Assembly (NCBI RefSeq): GCF_011386835.1
Contig: NC_088796.1
Location: forward strand, 54,622,001 to 54,686,000
DNA length: 64,000 nt
Direction: 5' to 3'
DNA from: Chrysemys picta bellii
Taxonomy: Eukaryota
A program made the translations under genes and the position numbers. The notes below the pieces were generated by a model. The model ran no database searches, was not told where the DNA came from, and saw only the letters and a program-made list of their open reading frames with translations. This document shows, piece by piece, positions 61,466-64,000 of the stretch (the first letter of the stretch is position 1; the number at the start of each line of letters is the position of its first letter).

Positions 61466-62436
61466 TCAGGGTTGGTTCTGGGGCCAGTTTTGTTCAACAT
61501 CTTTATTAATGATCTGGATGATGGAATGGATTGCACCTTCAGCAAGTTCACAGATGACACTAAGCTGTGGGGAGAGGTAGATACACTGTAGGGTAGGGAT
61601 AGGGTCCAGAGTGACCTAGACAAATTGGAGGATTGAGCCAAAAGAAATCTGATGAGATTCAACAAGGACAAGTGCAGAGTCCTGCACTTAGGATGGAAGA
61701 ATCCCATGCACCGCTACAGGCTGGGGACAGACTGGCTAAGCAGCAGTTCTGCAGAAAAGGACCTGGGGATTACGGTGGACAAGAAGCTGGATATGAGTCT
61801 GCAGTGTGCCCTTGTTGCCGAGAAAGCCAATGGCATATTGGGCTGCATTAGTAGGAGCATTGACAGCAGATTGAGGGAAGTGATTATTCCCCTCTATTCG
61901 GCACTGGTGAGGCCACATCTGGAGTATTGCATCCAGTTTGGGGCCCCCCACTACAGAAGGGATGTGGACAAATTGGAGAAAGTCCAGCGGAGGGCAATGA
62001 AAATGATTAGGGAGCTGGGGCACATGACTTATTAGGAGAGGCTGAGGGAACTGCGGTTATTTAGTCTGCAGAAGAGACGAGTGAGGGGGGATTTGATAGC
62101 AGCCTTCAACTACCTAAAGGGCGGTTCCAAAGAGGATAGAGCTAGGCTGTTCTCATTGTGGCAGAGGACAGAACAAGAAGCAATGGTCTCAAGTTGCAGT
62201 GGGGGAGGTCTAGGTTGGATATTAGGAAACACTATTTCACTAGGAGGGTGGTGAAGCACTGGAATGGGTTACCTAGGGAGGTGGGGGAATCTCCATCCTT
62301 AGAGGTTTTTAAGGCCCAGCTTGACAAAGCCCTGGCTGGGATGATTTAGTTGGTGTTGAACCTGCTTTGAGCAGGGGATTGGACTAGATGACCCCCTGAG
62401 GTCTCTTCCAACCCTAATATTATATGATTCTATGAT
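61466..62436 (+). mobile_element. CR1 LINE 3' fragment (~970 bp)
   Basis: ORF2 C-terminal motifs ([45 protein letters not shown]), the 3'UTR and an ATTCTATG tail. Confidence 0.95.
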
Positions 62437-63532
62437 CCCACAGTCCTTACTCAGGCAAAACTCCTACTGAAGTCAAAGCACCCAAAGTTATTGGTTGACA
62501 ACAATAGGAAAATGGCTTTAAAATTAAGACACTAATTTTAAACAGAAAACAATATCCTGGAGAAAAATGATTCTTTACAAGCCACACTTTCAGGAAGAAG
62601 GTATTTTACAAAATATCTGAAGTAGAAATAATTATAAGACTGGAGGGATTAATGGGCTATTATGGAACAGAAGAGTGATATAAAACACATTCAAAAGGCT
62701 ACACTGTGTTTTATCCAGTCTGAGGGAACAAAAAAAAGGAAATGAGTTAAAGGCAAGTGTGTATGTGTGTCATAACATATGAAGAACCAAAGTCAGAATT
62801 TCAATAAATACAACATAAAAATGAGTAAAGAAAGCAGATGACAAGCCTGCATCATAGATGACATTGTATATGGGAATGAAGACTAGAAGAACAATCCAAA
62901 AAAATAAGACTGTATGTCATCCATATAACAAATAGAAAGAATCCTTTTCATTTTAGTTTTAGAAGAAGATGAGAATAAGCTAAAAATATCCTGCATTCCT
63001 GGGGGGGAGGGTGATGTTTACTGCTCCTTGGGTTTTCTAATTTTTTAAATAGAAATATTTCTCCTATTTTTCTTTACCAAAATAGTCAGGAAAGATGGCC
63101 TGCTTTACATTTCGTGCTAACTTCTTCCGCCCCCCTCACCCCCCCAAATGTTGAGTTGATTGTACTGCACCAGGACAACTCCTCAGTGACTAACACAGAC
63201 ATATGAGTTGATTCACCCCTACTCAAAAGTTATTTTGTCACTTGCTGGAATGTGACATTTTAATGTTCAACCAAACTCACCTCCCCCCACCACAATGCCT
63301 CAGAGACAAGTAATTTTATGAAATGAAGCTCCCACCAATCATGAGTTATTTCCAAATCCCAGTGGAAGTAAAAGAAATTTGGAACTATACATTGTAATAT
63401 GTATTGTTTTTTCATTTACATGTGAAACAACTATACCATTCAAAAATGGGTGTCTATTGTTCTGTTTTGCACTGTTAGTACATGGCATCAGTAATCTACT
63501 TAAGTATTATGTTCTCCTTCACTAATGTCTGA

Positions 63533-63604
63533 GGGCCTGATCCAAAACATATTGAGGCCAATGAATAGACTCCCATTGATGTCAATGAGCTTTGGATCAG
63601 GTTC
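63533..63604. mobile_element. Short palindromic MITE, same family as 391-461
   Basis: GGGCCTGATCCAAA ... TTTGGATCAGGTTC with an inner CCCATTGA motif. Confidence 0.6.
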
Positions 63605-64000
63605 TGGATGACTAAAGTTGGTATGCAGAGATGAACATTACTGCCTGTAGAAACATTTTATTACCAAATTAATGTAAAAAACTAAAAATTAAAAATCAGC
63701 TTCTCCTCATAGTTTGTTATATTATGAAAAATATAAGCATAGCCAGAAGAGGAATCTGAAACACAGATCATTAAGGAGAAGATGTGTTAAATAGTGATGC
63801 TGATTTCTGTTTGTTATTTTGTTAGTTTAGTTTCATTTATATTTGTATTGTTGTTTAATATTATTGCTGTGTATTTTATATTGCAGTTAAAAAAATCTTA
63901 ATACATATATTTTGAAAAGCTATCATCAAAACATCACACCAGACAGGACACTGCCTACAAACTGCCACTAGCCGTGCAGGAGAAGAGATAAGGCTCAGAT

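Overview
This is vertebrate nuclear DNA that is AT-rich and CpG-depleted outside young repeats. Its repeat complement matches what I recognise from turtle (Testudines) genomes; the species cannot be determined. No protein-coding gene is recognisable by homology, so the window reads as intergenic or deep intronic. It is dominated by transposons: five CR1 LINE pieces, two Penelope-like retroelement (PLE) loci, a ~4.8 kb dead two-gene PIF/Harbinger element with many related MITEs, about nine hAT MITEs (five with perfect 8-bp TSDs), two Tc1/mariner-type MITEs, several solo LTRs and CORE/MIR-like SINEs. The most notable items are: a minimal hammerhead-ribozyme fold in the PLE terminal region (38021-38060, minus strand) with covarying stems but a mutated core; an inverted, internally deleted PLE (12426-12970); a very young CpG-dense hAT MITE with a nested hairpin (47895-48461); a motif-spacer array (29218-29580); and a 198-nt, phase 0-0, open minus-strand candidate exon (55632-55829) of unknown identity. 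TE family calls rest on recalled motifs, TIRs and TSDs, not database searches.
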